A stretch of 63,804 nucleotides of DNA, the filler included, from Lenisia limosa (Eukaryota; Protista; Breviatea): NCBI GenBank assembly GCA_001655205.1. It is 6 parts of 6 records of this genome, joined end to end, with 100 filler letters (N's around TTAATTAATTAA, not from the genome) between each part and the next. Parts side by side here need not be neighbours in the genome. Positions count along the whole stretch, not along the records: positions 1 to 19,677 come from LPNZ01009237.1; positions 19,778 to 31,689 come from LPNZ01010611.1; 4 more parts are not named here. The stretch is one strand, 5' to 3'. The position numbers and the translations under genes are program-made. Under the pieces are notes generated by a model. It saw only the letters and a list, made by a program, of their open reading frames with translations. It did no database searches and had not been told where the DNA came from. Below are positions 1 through 20,799 of this stretch, one piece after another. How positions within the stretch are numbered: position 1 is the first letter of the stretch; every line of letters begins with the position of its first letter.

Positions 1-2616
<2,616 letters not shown>

Positions 2617-2620
2617 TCCA

Positions 2621-2712
2621 TAGGGCTTCACTCGGTTCACCGAATTTCTCAATAAATCCTCGAAAATTATCGATAATTTACCGTTCTTTTTCCGAACAGA
2701 AGTGAAGCTCTA
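2621..2712. mobile_element. Short hairpin MITE, family A copy 1
   Basis: TA-GGGCTTCACT...AGTGAAGCTC-TA terminal inverted repeat with TA on both sides and an internal palindrome AAATTATCGATAATTT. Related copies at 9084 and 28387. Confidence 0.7.
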
Positions 2713-2929
2713 CTGCTCCCTCATTCCTTTTTGGAGTCTTACTTTTTAGGGCCTTCAAGAACTAGGGGTTGGAAACAATCCTCTTTTATTTATAATAGGT
2801 ATATATTTTGTTGTGGTGTATGTATGTTATATATTTTGGAATCTTCAGTGTAACACGTATGCTTCAACCACAATAATACAATGTCATACAATAAATTAAA
2901 GATCTCACATATTTTCATTTGTCTATTGT

Positions 2930-5900
2930 GCAGAAAGCGGCAGCGGGTTGGGGAGAGCCGGTTCCGAGGTCGTTACTGGCTCCACCCTATTTGGTCAGGG
3001 GATGGGTCCCATCTATTCAAAAAAAAGACCAGTCAATATTGTTTAACTAATATGGAAGTTGTATGGAAGAGAGAACTAAAGTTACCTATACTCGGGAAGG
3101 GGTGGGAGGGTGATAGTGGCAGGTACAGGCTGGGGAATTTCAACAGGTTCCACATTTGGGTCAGCGGGTCTCTTGAGCGTTTCGGGGGGCTAACGAAGGG
3201 TGAGCAGCAGCACCAATATAAACATATTCATTGGAAATGGTATTGGCGGTTGTTGGGCCTTTGGGATTCATTTGCAACTCCAAGAAAACAAAAGATTGTT
3301 AGCAAACCGATAGGAGGTTGTCAACTGACGAGGCTATTGAGGCCAAAAGAGCTGGGTCAAGAGGCTCGGATAAGATGGGCAGTTCATGGAATTGCATGTC
3401 GGGTAGGGCAAAGCTCTCGTTGAGAGGGGGAAGGGGGAATTGAAGGTGCTTGTGAAGGTCGTTGATGACAGGTTCAACAGTTTCTAAACGAATTAGCTTT
3501 ATTGATACATCATCCTCTCTAACCGTCCAATTGCACGTGACTGGGAAGATTGGTGGAAGTTCTTTTGAGTGGGACAATAGCTTGGAGTGCGAGAGCCACA
3601 GCAACATCTGGGTCGGTACCTAGGTAGTGAACAAAGGTCCCAAATGAGATTAGCTTGCTTACCGGGAGGAACCACAACCCCACTGTTGAGAATAATGTCC
3701 TCTTTGGCCAGACGTCCTCGAGTGTATTTGATACCGCTACTCGGTTAGGTATTAAGTAGGAAACAAAAGGCAAAAAAAGGCAGCAACGCACCATTTGTTA
3801 CAGAGGGCGCCAGGGCCAAGGGGGCCTCGAACCACCTTGTCACGAACAAACATCGGCGAAAGCTCCTGATATTATAGTTACAACGTATCAAGATCATGAG
3901 AGTAACAGTTGGGTAGAAAAAATAAAATAGAAAATATGGAATTTCATCAGGATACAATAAGATATTTTATTTCTTTTTTGCTAAGCAATTCCGGCTATGC
4001 ATACCTCTGTAATGGGCATATTGGCCCCTAGACGACCACGGCTGTACTTCATCCCACTAAAATATAAATAATGCAAATAAACACTCATATGAAACCAATC
4101 AAAAAGTCATATTTGATGCATACTATGAGAGAACCTAATGGGATTTATGAAAGCTATCTAAGAACTTGTCATTTGGAGAAATACAATCTACAATGTAGAA
4201 CTGGAGAATAAAAAGGAAGTTTCCATTATACCATCACATTTAAGGAAACATTGATGATTATAGTATTCACACAATAATTTACCAGAAAACTCCGCTGTAC
4301 ACAGGTTCATGTTATAACATATGATATGTTTACTAAGAGTAACACACATACCCACTCACCAAGCATTACAAAGCGTGCTTTTACCGAAAGGTCCATGTCG
4401 AACCTGGTTGCCGTTATTTCACAAGCAAAAGCAATGAGAATGAATTGGCCCAGAAAGAACGAACAAAATCATTCCGTATTTTCAAAGGGAAAGATGATAC
4501 CTGAGGAGTTGTGGTAGTTCCACAATAGGTACAGGGCTGCTTCATTTCAAAGCTCCTAAAGTATAAGTTGTTGAGGAGCAAAAACGGAGGCAAGACAAAG
4601 GATTGCACTGAAATATCACCATTTTTCAACATCCTTGACAAATGCAATAGTTTTCAAGGTAGATACTTCTCTCTCAATCGAAAATGATCATATGATATGG
4701 TTTGACCCACTTTACCTACTTTTTTGAAGTTGATGTTTTAAACGCCTCAATCATTTTGCCAAATGGCCCCGCGCGGACTTGTGTCGTCTCAAGCGCGCCG
4801 CAGTTGAAACATGGGTAATCCATCCTGAAGAGGATGAAAGCTGGCTTCGCCCTACGGTTTATTCTTTGGCTTCTTAAGGCCTTCATCGGCAACCGGCTCC
4901 GATTCTTGGGGCTTGTCGTCGTTGGTCATGCTGAGTGTATTGATTTCCTCACCTAATAGCGTGAGGAAATACACACCACCTGGCTGCTTACAATCTTTGA
5001 ATTGAGGCGGTGCGGGTGGCTTGGGCTCTTTCTTTGCTCTTGGTTGGACAAAAAGTGGAGGTAATTCAACTACAAAAGTCATAATTTGATGTTTGCCCCT
5101 GTATTACAAAACAAAGCTTCATGGAATCCTTTAAGTTTGCCGCCGTATCCCACCCATATCGGGTATCGCTGCCAGGTCCTGAGAGTTGAGCAACTGGGAA
5201 GGTTTGCCGGCAAGGTCCAGAAGCTCCTTGGTGATGGGTATCCCAGCAAGTGGCGGAACAAGTGACACTGAACTTGGGGGTTTTTGAGCCACTGCCGGCA
5301 TATCTACTATACCGCTGATATCAGCTGCATTGTGAGAATGCTAAAAGTTGGAATCTATGGTGAGTCCCCTCTCTGACCTGCAACAAGACTTGGCATCTCA
5401 ACATTGGCTGTCGATGAAAGAAGGGACATGGGGTCAGAAATGAAATCCGGCAAATCTTGCGGTAACTAGGATATTATGCCCAAATTGGGAATTCTATTGT
5501 ACACACTCCGCCAAAAAATGGTGCAAAAGCTATGGTGCAAAAGCTTCAAAAAATATGAAATCAAAACAAACCTTGACAGTTTCTGTTTCATCAGACAAAT
5601 GCGGATCGGACAATACTGGTAACTTTGACGCAGCATCGGGCCGCATGTAGACTGCCTCATTTGCCGGCATGGGAAGAACATGGATCGGGGGTACTATTGT
5701 AGACTCAACTTCATCTATAACATTAAAGTTGCATGGTATGAAGGAAGAAACCGATGAATCCACAAATCTTTTTTGGACAGAGAAGGAGTTAAAAATGTTC
5801 CCAGAAAAACAGTGAAGCTCACTGTCAGGTACAACAAGAACCTGGGGGATGGGTATCTCTGAAGGCATGTCAGCAATTAATACTGGAGGGGCTGGCTCAA

Positions 5901-6177
5901 TCGCAACAGTCTACATGATGAGTCACTGTTAACACACACACACACAAATAAAAAAAAAACTTAATGCAATAAAACAAAGGCTAACGTTAAGTTCCATTGT
6001 TTCCTCCAGATTGATAGATTTAACAACCTCCTCTTGCTGCACTGGTGGCTTGAGAGGTGGCTCTTCCAATGGCTGTGAAGGCAGCGGTTCAATGACATCA
6101 TGTTCAAGCTCAACATGTGAAATCTCCAGGACTCCAGGAAAAGGACTGCTCTGTTGTTCCTCAGTCATCTGTTTCAA
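2930..6177 (-). CDS. GATA-type zinc-finger protein, multi-exon, boundaries approximate
   Basis: Minus-strand exons encode CFNCGALETTQVRAGPFGK (~4760-4830), CTYCGTTTTPQ (~4500-4535) and RHGPFGKSTLCNA (~4360-4400). Pro/Glu/Ser-rich exons flank them. Confidence 0.6.
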
Positions 6178-6675
6178 TGAGAGAAGTAAAATTGTTTTCG
6201 AACATGTATTGGTGGTAGAAAGTAGTTGTAGAGATATTTCGAGGAAACAAAGACGAAACGCTACCTACTTTCAAAATGCAGCAATATGGACAAGTTAAAT
6301 CATATTACTTGTGAAGGAGCAATAGCTGGAGGCTTGTGGAAGCGTTTCGGAGAGCGATCCTCCTCAAAAGTTGATCTAAGATTGGGACACTATGAATCAA
6401 GAAGGCTAAATTTAATTGATTTATTATTAATATCGCTGTATTATAATGGATTTAGTCCAGATTTTGTTATATTTTTGTTTTCGGTGACAAATCATCAATG
6501 ACAAAAATTTCACATAAATATGATAACTTTTGATTGGTCAAAATATCGTGTGAAATGCATTTTTTTTTCAACGTTTTTACCACTATAAGAAGTCGTACTC
6601 TTTGTTTAGAACGAATTTAAAGGAAAGAAACCAAAAAAATAGTAACTAGTTATTTGTTAAGGGTATTTGCAAAGA

Positions 6676-9575
6676 ATGTGGCATGCCATCGTTCTCTTTG
6701 CCCTATGCTTAGGTACAACATTTGCTATAAAACCACCTAAGACAAGTGCGGAGTTTGTTGTCGACAAAGGTCGGCAGAATTCAGGAGGAAATCAAAGTTC
6801 AATGTATCAGTGTACTCTTGTTCTGTGCTACAATACCCAATACTATCTATTTCTATACTAGTACATTGTTTTGCGTTGTTTTGCTTTCCTCCTTTTCCTT
6901 TGCCATATCCCCTTCATTTCTTGCCATCTGTAGGCATTCTTGGGCATCTGTCAATCCTTGTTCTAATATATCGCAGATGAGTTCCATTACGCTCATGTTT
7001 GTTCAATGGTCCAATTCAAGGACCAGACCATGGTTACTGGTATGTAAACGTTCTAGGGTTAAACTATAACATATATATAACTATGCTGGGGAGGCACGCA
7101 GAATGCGCAGAGTTGTAAGGCAAATGATTTGGTGAATTAATATTCAGTATCTATTATAAGCGTGATGGTGTGGTCGGCTTCGGCCAGATACAACCTTTTG
7201 TATTTCTATAATAGCGTAACTATAACTCAACAATACACTTTATTTGACAAGAGATAAGTCTCTGTAATACTGCACTGGGTTTTGAATATTTTTTTGTTTT
7301 AATGTTACCATGTGATTTTTATTGTTTTTATCCGAAACAATATTCATGAATCCCTGAGAGGATGCAGTGTTGCAGAAGCGACTGTCCAGGGATTTTGTTT
7401 TGTTATTTTCAACCCCGTGTGTTGCTTGCCAACACTTTTGGGCTTTTATGTCATAAATTTCCTTTATTTTTTTCATCGAAATTTTACTTCTTTTTTTTTT
7501 ACCCAAAAAATAACGGGGGGGGGGGTGATCTGTTTACCTGTTGGTTGGATTTAACGTTTCAGTCTTCCACGCCGGGCAGCAGGGAGAAGGCCAGCACGAC
7601 ACGACGGTGTTCTTCTCCGTCCGCGGGCCGGGACTGATGAATTGGACTGCGCCGGTGAGAGGGTGGGAGACTTAACTAAAACACCCCCAAAAGACAAAGC
7701 TCTTTGAGTTGCTCCTCTTTTTTTAATACTTTGAAATGGAAAAACTATTGATAAACTCAAGTGTGAAAGGTCTGAATATTGGTCCGCTTTGCTGAACAGA
7801 GGTACACGTGTACACTTTTTGGATTTGCTGGCAACAAGCTATTTCTGGTCTTATACTCTTTCAGGTTCCTGTTGTACCCAACTCCGGTGTCTGCATGATG
7901 AATCCCAAGTATGCATTTGTTTTTTGTCAAACCCATTATTTCTTGACTTACGCTATTGACTGCGCAGCTCCTACATTGGAGTCAACCCTGATACGGGTGA
8001 CGAGAGACTCTTTGTGAACTTTCATTCTGGGGGGTCTGTGGAGGACCCCGACAAATGCAGCACGCACCGGTACGTGGAGGCTTATTACAGTTTGTGCTGG
8101 ACAGTCTTATCACAGTCTTCAGATGGAATGGATACTTAACCTATTCCGATGACAAGGGTGCTTCCTGGGCCGAACCTAAGCAGCTTCCTAAGGATATTCT
8201 GGGCTCTGTGAAGGTGGGATTTGAGCTGATTTTAGCAGTTTAATGAAATGCTGTATAATATGAAATACTTTTGACTGAATTTGCAGAATAACTGTATTAA
8301 AATGTCGAATGGAGCTGTTCTCTGTCCGTCTTCAACAGAATCAGTGGCTGACCATGTAATCGGCTTCTGGATGGTGGGTTAATGGGTTGACTTTCGTTAA
8401 ACAATACTGCAAGGCAGCTTTGTTGACCTTGTTCAGTCGCACTTTGAGACTACTGATGACTCCTTCCTCCACTGGTTTGTTACTTCCTCTGCTGCTTTGT
8501 TCTAAAGCATTACCCACTCAGGAATAAGTCCAGTAGTATCACCTTCAACTTCAACAGCTACACTGGCAAGCTTGGAATGGGCGTAAGAGGGCTGTTGCTT
8601 CACCTTGCCGCCGTTTGTTCTTATGACACACCAGGTTATCCAGCCCCTTGTGTTCGAGGTCGAACCTGGTAAGATCGTCGCCATCATGCGAAGTGATTCA
8701 GGCTCCCTTGCTACTGTGAGCCATTGTCATCTTTTCGCTTGGACTTTCCTGAAAACTATACCTCTCAACATTTCATCCATTAGGCACTTACTATATTAGG
8801 CAACTTCACATGATTACGGTCGGACATGGCCCATGGTTGCCGATGCCCTCCATGTAGACAACCCCGATAGTGGTATTGGAGGAGTCAGTTTCTTGCCTGG
8901 TACGCTGGATCATAGGACAACCAAGTTCAGCTCAGTTCAGTCCCTCTTACAGAGTAGATAATGAAGACCTTGGCTTGATGATGGTGTATAACCCCAACCC
9001 ACAGGGAAGAATGCCCCTTCGTCTTGGGCATAGGTATGGCGTGGGGGTTGATATCATATTATGCGCGTGTATTGGAATATGAGGGGCTTCCCTTCGGTTC
9101 CAAAAGCTGCATTTCTCGATCAATCCTCGATAACTATCGATATTTTACCGATCTTTTTCGGACTTTAGGGAAGCCCTAATGATAAACTCGTATCGCTGGA
9201 GGATATGTTATCACATAGACGCATTGAGTTAACATGTGTGTATTTATGCATGTGTGTGTTTGTGTGTAGGCAGAGATGTTGTTTCTTGGTTGCTTTGGAG
9301 GTTTCTAGACTTTAACCCAGAACAGTACTGATGGTGGAAAAACATGGGAGAAAATCGTGGACCTGGAGCCGGATATGACTGGTGAGAGGGGTGGACAATA
9401 TGATATGAAAGGCCCCTCTTTTTTCTCACCCCTGCCCTCTCTAGTGAAATACGAATACCCCTACATGATCAGAGATCGTTTCGACAGCTCAAAAGCACAT
9501 GTCTGCTACACCTATAGTCACGAGGATCCTAATAACCGGTTCCGAACAATCAAGCATATGGAACTGGACTTCTAA
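6676..9575 (+). CDS. Secreted BNR/Asp-box (sialidase-like) beta-propeller protein, multi-exon
   Basis: Signal peptide MWHAIVLFALCLGTTFA. Three Asp-boxes (SDDKGASW, SHDYGRTW, STDGGKTW), plus IQP...IVAIMRS and a C-terminal YEYPYMI...HVCYTY...IKHMELDF* typical of BNR_2 sialidases. Confidence 0.8.
9084..9178. mobile_element. Short hairpin MITE, family A copy 2, in an intron of the sialidase gene
   Basis: GGGCTTCCCT...AGGGAAGCCC-TA ends. The interior (TTTCTCGATCAATCCTCGATAACTATCGATATTTTACCG) matches copy 1. Confidence 0.65.
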
Positions 9576-9589
9576 GAATGGCCTTTTTT

Positions 9590-12450
9590 CTGCCTTTTGA
9601 TGCAAGACACGAAAGACCCCTTATCCATACTTTAATAGTCTCCCAATGATGAGCTGACCCACATCACGTCAAAGTGTTTGATGAGTACCATAAATAAAAG
9701 ACTTAGAAAACGATAACGTCACAACCGCACTTCTGCCCTTCCTTAATCCATTCCAGGAAATTAGACAGGTCCGAGCTTAGCGGTGACTCTATCACAACCT
9801 TCAGTATTAGAGCTATTTAAGCATGAATCTGAACATTCTACCTGGCCCTATATAACCCTTACCTTGGGGGTGGGGACCCATTCCCCTGCAACCATTTTCT
9901 TCACAAAAATGAGACCCTTAAGTCGCGGGCACGATAACGTGGGGAACACTCCTCCAATAGGCGACACTGTAAGATTATTACAAGGCCATTTCCATCCTTA
10001 TCATACATACTTGATAACGTCAATCGTATGACCTCCGCCTCTCACTATACATCTCATCGTCATCTGGGAAAGCAGCCTTGGCCAATTCGTCGTGATGGGT
10101 GGAGAAGACATCTTCAAGAGTAAAATGAGTCAGCAATACTTGCTTTCTGTCATTTCCAAGTGAATAAATAAAGCGTATTTCATTTCCACCAACTGGCAGC
10201 CTCCTTGACTGTTGGCAACTCCTCTGTGTCGACAGTCTAAAGACTGAGGAAGCAAAAGGCGAATGCCATTTTGTGCTTAATCATGATAAGTCATCTCTTT
10301 TAACTTTCCTTGACGTGAATCTTGTGGGACAATAGCAAGATTCACTGTACCAAAAAAAAATGTACAAAAATGTCAAATAGAACCATATTTCCTCCACCCA
10401 AGTACTCCGCCCACCATTTCTGGGTATTCTATGAGCTCGAAGATATTATTGCCCTTTTTGAGAAGATAGCTCTAAACTGTCAGGGACGGTGCTACGCTAA
10501 GACAATATTGTTATCTTAAAATGAATAAAACAACTACCGTCTATAGCCATTTTCTCCTCCAGTTAATACTCAAGCCCCCCCCCCCTTACCTGGAGAGACT
10601 CCAGTGCTTTGTCCCATTTGGGGGTATAAGACTGTCCGATCGCGCCATTACCGAAATCTTCATGATCTATCTGTAATGGAAGGGGGTGGGTGGGTAGAGG
10701 AGTGGTTTTGGAAAGCTGTGTACAGAAATTTTTCGAAACCCAATGAATAAGTGATGGTGTTGAAGTCAATCAGATCAAAATACTACTACTCCATTTATAC
10801 AACAGTAAGGGTAGTCGTTATATTATATCATCATATCTAGTATATAATCTAATTATATGGTCAAAAAACATCTATCATCTGCATTTTTTGGCTCACCCCC
10901 CCCCCCTCACTTCCCAGAGATTGATATGACATGGAAACATGATTTATACAGTACTTTCAAATTTTTGCCTTAACCTATCCTACCTTGCCAAACAGTGTAA
11001 TAATTATCTCTCATATTATATGATGATGATGCCCTGAAGTCGACGTGTTTCCCACTCATTTATGATAAATGTAATACAAGGACTAATTCTGATAGAAAGC
11101 TTCGCAGAAACCACCCACCATTTTGTCCAACCCAAGGAAGTTGTAAATGGAACCAAAGCGCTCTTCAATCCACTCTCCAAAACTTTCACATCCAAAAGAG
11201 GCAACAAACACTCTGAATATTAGGGTCTCTTGATTATACGGGGTCATATACTAGCAGAAAAAGGTATCTGGCTCACCCTTTAGAGGGGGTCGTTTCATTG
11301 TATTGAAATAACTTCTCTACAGCTTCATGATCAACACAGCGCTACAAGATCAACTTGGGACGTTTGAAAAAAAAAAGGGAAATGAGTGTATTGATAATAG
11401 CAAAAGCTATAATGTACCTGTATACGGGGAGTAGGCTATCTAAGTCCTATACTGGGTTATCCCTTTCAAATAACAGCATCATATACATGTACGTGTAGCA
11501 GAGGAACATAATAATATGATATACGATATGCCACATCTATGATATATGTATTACATGGTACTGTCACCCTCTTCCACTCACAGATTTGAAGAATACCTTG
11601 AGAACCATACTCACAAACAAAAAAAATACAATAACTCTACAATATTATGGGTGAAAAAAAAACAAAAAAAAAACAGGGGGGGTGGGACGTGGCGTCTAGT
11701 CTATCCCCCCCCCCNNNNNNNNNNNNNNNNNNNNNNNNNNNNNNNNNNNNNNNNNNNNNNNNNNNNNNNNNNNNNNNNGACTAAGCCCAGACTATGCCTG
11801 AACGATATTTCATATTTTTAGAATGTTTTTATTTCATAGTGGCGACAACAGCAAAATTGAGACAGTAGATGGACACTTTTGGGTGTATATTTGAAATGTG
11901 AAAAAAAAAAAATGAAATCAGAGAAACAAGGGGGAAATTAGACCTCTTGGAACGCGTCAATGGTCTTGGTGACAACCTAAATGGTCACTTTGGTAATGTC
12001 GGAATATGAAAAGGGTGCCAAAAGGTGCGTCTGCCACTCTATTCCGCACAATAAACCCGTATCCAAGACTCCCTTACGATCAAGAGATCACAGAAAGCGT
12101 TGCATGAGATACGAAGGAGACGGAGAGTTGATGCAGTGAAACTCCTAATTGGTGATGTGGATCCCAATACTTTTCAAAACAAGATCCAATCTATTAACAT
12201 ATCATTTCAAACAAATGGGAACTTCCACATTAGCTGTCAAGATTACATAAAATTACAATATTAAAATTACGATCGATTCGAACCCAAATAATTCTCCATG
12301 TTTTTCTTTTGCATCCCTCATACGCCACAAGCAGGTTGCCCTTAACTTCAAGTTTTCTGGTAACTTCAGTGTCAGTGTGGAGCTCATTATCAACAATCTG
12401 TGGTGTTAGAGATACTGCTGTTGCATCCCCTAGAAGAATCGCAAAAGCAA
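9590..12450 (-). CDS. Intron-rich hypothetical gene or genes, with a possible EF-hand in the 3' part
   Basis: Open exon-like segments bounded by AG/GT (QIDHEDFGNGAIGQSYTPKWDKALESLQ, VFVASFGCESFGEWIEERFGSIYNFLGLDKM) and SMYDKDGNG resembling an EF-hand loop. Gene structure is unresolved. Confidence 0.3.
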
Positions 12451-13124
12451 AAAAAAATATTATCCTCTATTGCATGTTATTGTCATTAACTCAGACAATA
12501 CGCCCTCAAAAATACCATCTCATTGCAGAACAATAAACAGTGTTATATGTAAAATGAAAACTACTTTACCAATGCGGATAGATTCAAAAATCCAAAAATA
12601 CAACATCATAATCTTTAGAATATGTAGCGGTTAAATACTTTTCGAAATTGAATTGTATGAAAACAACATATCCAGGTTGATATAACTGTTCAGTTTCATA
12701 TTTGTATGATGACGCGAAAAGAACACTTGCTCATTTTAGCCGATTATCCCTGTTCACGCAAGTGGGCAACTAATATCAGTCTAATTCGCAGAATATTGAA
12801 TTTTTACTATATTTTGTATCTATAAACCACCAACCAGAGCATTGTATGCCACTTCAGCAGCGTCATGGTTGGGAAACTCAGAGGTGAGTGTGCTACACAA
12901 CGGTAAACCAAAATATTCTGTTATAAAACTTACTAAGTGAAAGGGTGCGCCATATTGATCGAGAGGAAGAGAAGTGAGCTTTTTTTCTAGAAAGACAACT
13001 ACGGCCGCATTGCATTATACAAAAAATTTGACCTCTTTACGAAGGTCTACGGGTCTACGTTCTTGGTCGTATTACTTTTCCGTTCTGTAGCACAGTAACT
13101 AAGATAACATTAACTAGTGTAACA

Positions 13125-16969
<3,845 letters not shown>

Positions 16970-17076
16970 GTGCCTTCTGCTGTACTACACTAACTACTAA
17001 CGCATCATTGTCTCGACGTTGTCTCTCTGAATAGTATGTACACTTAGACTTAGATAACCATGACGACTGTACAGGT

Positions 17077-19650
17077 CTAGGATGACTTCCATCTGAGTGG
17101 TCAGGCAAAATAGAGTTCAAATGACAGCAATTGAAGAAAGCCTCCCGCCCAACAGTTTAACTGATTTGTCGAGCGAACCCGAGACAACATACGCGCCGTT
17201 AGGAGCCCAATCAACTGCAAATACCTGGGGGGGGGGTAGTAGGAACTCTTGTTCTGGAGTAACAAATATTAAGTCAGACCCCAGATCTAATTGTGAGAAA
17301 TAAGGAGGTAAAGAAAACTATACAGTGCTGTAATGAAATCGGAGTAAAATTGGAAAATTTATGAAACAAGAAAAGCCCAAAATCAACTCTGTTGGCTGAC
17401 AACACACGAGGGTNNNNNNNNNNNNNNNNNNNNNNNNNNNNNNNNNNNNNNNNNNNTCATGGCCGGGAAGGTTCTCCTTGAGCTTCTTGGTTCGGATCTC
17501 CCAGCACTTGACAGTCGAGTCCTTTGATGCCGAAGCGAACATTCGACTGTCACCACTCCAGGCAACTGGGGATGTTGGAGGAAAAATAGGGCGAACCAGC
17601 CCATGAGACTCAGTAGTTCCCACTAGTCTCCGTATGTGGAGATTATTGTTAACAATCATGCACCCCTCCGACCTTGGAAAACTGGACCTACATGGCCTCT
17701 GAAAGTAGCTTGGAATCTGGGGATATTAATGGACTATTTCATGTTAGAAATCAAATTGATTACGCAGTAAATTAATTGTGTCCTGATCCTCTTGTGCATC
17801 CCTCCAACTTGCCTGTCAATCCATCCCATAATCTAATAGACTTGTCGAACGAGGCGCTCAGTACCATTCGGCCGTTGGGACTGAAAGCAACATGGTTGAT
17901 GAGTGCTTGGTGTCCTGGGGGGTTGATGAAATAATAACCATTACAAAACAGATCATTTCATCAAGCTCGTTGTATCAAATATAGGATGGTTTGAAAACGG
18001 AAAACACTCAATCAACATCCCAGGAAGACACCTTTCTCATCGCGGTATGACCATGAAACTATACTGGATGTGATATATACGGTGCATTTCCTACCAGTTA
18101 AACGAGCAACTGGCTTTTTGTCTGTGAAGGGGTCCCAGAGAAACAGGGTATAATCATCAGAGCCTAAACCGTCATCATTGCCTCCTGGAACATGGAAGAA
18201 AAGCTCATCCCCCCCACCCACCAGTAACAAGTCTCTCATGACCACCAGAAAGGGCAGCATTGTAGCGTGTTTCTGCCTCTACTTTAGCTGTGGGGGAGGG
18301 GGTCAAGTCAAAATAGACTTTTCAGAAAGCCAGGTTAACAAGATATTATACAACTGATGGAGCAACAATATTGTCCAAAATAGCGCTCCATCTCATCGGC
18401 AACATAACATAGCCCTCCATCTCATCGGCAACATAACATCTTATCAGCACCTTCCTCGTCCGAAGCCGGCCGTCTGCCATAAGGGTCGTATGGCCCGGTA
18501 CGCAGGGCGTATTCTGGTAACATGAGACATCCTCCGAAATATCATATCATATTCATATTACGGTCCAACCAGAGTGAACCAAAACCCTCGGTACCTGTGG
18601 AAAGAGCCATGGTGTTGACCCAGTGTGCATGGCCTTGAAGAACTCGAACTAACTTGCCCTAAAATGTTAGAAGTTATCATGATGTCAGCCTCTTTTCCTT
18701 GTTCCTACCTCGGGGGTCCAGACTTTGACTGTCCGATCCTGAGACCCTGTGTAGATAAGGCCCTCACCTCCCCATTTCACACACGTGACACTCTTTCCTT
18801 CATGTCCACCAAGAGTCTTTGGGGTGTTAATAGGGCTATTTGAAGTGACAACCAACAATATTACATACATACATACAATATAGTATGTCACAATATTCTA
18901 ATATGTAGTGTATATATCGTAGTAGATACCGTATAATAATACCCTGGTAAACATTTGTTTTGTCATATAACACACTTTCACCCCTTCATCCCCCATACAA
19001 GGAGACACTTTCTGGTTACCGCATTCCAAATCTTGACAAAGCCATCCTTGCTTGAAGACACCATTCGTTGGCATGTCACATTCCTGGGGGGGGGGGTGAC
19101 GGGGTTCTCTGAACTATCCGTGAAATACCAGACCGCTTCCTACTTATGGAAGGGTTCCCATGAGATGGCAGTGATGAAGTTCTTGTGTCCCTTCAGTTCG
19201 TATGAAGTTGGGTGGCTCTTCTACATTTCGTCAGACCCATCATTTCAACTATTCTGTTTGCTAAAACATGATATACTCCCTCATCCGTCATACCGACATA
19301 TCCCATATTCTAAGAGTTTTGTCCAGAGCGCCAGTGGCAAGCAATTTAGCGTCGGGCGACCATGACACCACCTGGACCCAAGACGTGTGTCCTTGTCCGT
19401 TAGTTTGCTAATCGAATGGCGCATGGTGATGAAATGAGCGAGCATTATGATTGATAGTAAGCGACCTTTGTGGAAGTACCAATATAATGATGTTGTGGTT
19501 CCAAATCACCTCTAAGAGTGGCAGAGGGGGTGGCTGTGTTGAGGTCCCAGAGACGGACAGTTGTGTCACCGCTTCCGGTTGCCAAAGAGTCTCCCTAATC
19601 ATGAATAAGGGACTAACTTACGCCGTTATACAATTTGCAGTCGAGCTGAC
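17077..19650 (-). CDS. NLE1: Notchless / Rsa4 WD40 ribosome-assembly factor, multi-exon, 5' end lost in a gap
   Basis: LATGSGDTTVRLWDLNT, VTCVKWGGEGLIYTGSQDRTVKVW, GSDDYTLFLWDP...KKPVARLTGHQALINHVAFSPNGR, VAWSGDSRMFASASKDSTVKCWEIRTKKLKENLPGH, VFAVDWAPNG. Confidence 0.9.
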
Positions 19651-20799
19651 CCCCCCCCCCTAATCATTATTGTCCACNNNNNNNNNNNNNNNNNNNNNNN
19701 NNNNNNNNNNNNNNNNNNNNNTTAATTAATTAANNNNNNNNNNNNNNNNNNNNNNNNNNNNNNNNNNNNNNNNNNNNCTATTCGATTTACAACAATTGAA
19801 TATCATCCCTATTACATTATTATGTGATAGGTGAAAAAGTTTGCACTCCAAGTGCCCAGATCACCCGCCGCGTCACCACAGAAGTAATCACCANNNNNNN
19901 NNNTTCTCCTCCAACCTCACCCATAACCACCCTACCAACTTTACCCTTCTTTCCCTCATACCTCCTCCACCTATTCGATTTACAACAATTGAATATCATC
20001 CCTATTACATTATTATGTGATAGNNNNNNNNNNNNNNNNNNNNNNNNNNNNNNNNNNNNNNNNNNNNNNNNNNNNNNNNNNNNNNNNNNNNNNNNNNNNN
20101 NNNNNNNNNNNNNNNNNNNNNNNNNNNNNNNNNNNNNNNNNNNNNNNNNTCTCGCTCTAGTTTGTTTACCCGCTGCCCAGACCGCCCACCGCCCCGCTCC
20201 AGAAGAGATCACCCTCCCTCCAGTCCGTCCCCGTCCACTCCGCCGCCGCTCTCCTATGTATCTTTTTTATCTTTGTTTTACTGAATGTTTTTTACAATAA
20301 ATAAATTTATTGTCCTTTCAAAATCCGCCTCCGACCCCGTACACCCACGGACTTCGACTTTGACATCTCCACGGTCATCACGGATAACCTCACCACCCAC
20401 CCGATCATGACCTTCCATGGCCACACATGTCCGTCGTTCCGGGAGTACCTGGCGTACCTCACCTCCCACTACCTCACTAACCTCACCTTTCCTGGTACAA
20501 CCCCTCGTCGTTTAGAGGGACCCATCAGATTCGCCGAAAAAATAAACAATAATGGACCGTTTTAGTCCAACTTATGAGGGATTTCCTACCGCCCCCCCCC
20601 CTCCTACATGGGTATTGAGCTGACTGGGGTCTTGGATGGAGGTATTGGCAGCGTCAATCTGTAAAGGTTAATCAAACTGGGCAATAATATAGATTATGAA
20701 AACAAACCAGGAAATGTGAGATATGAAAGACCAACCGCAAAAATTTTAAAATCTAATATCAATTTGTTTTTTTTAAGTTTATCGTAGTCCACCGTAGCT

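Noticed and set aside
18385-18440. 29-bp tandem duplication in an NLE1 intron
   Set aside because: Simple local duplication with no further structure.
19778-20023. Exact 53-bp duplication (19778-19830 and 19971-20023)
   Set aside because: Both copies abut gaps, so this is most likely contig-end overlap.
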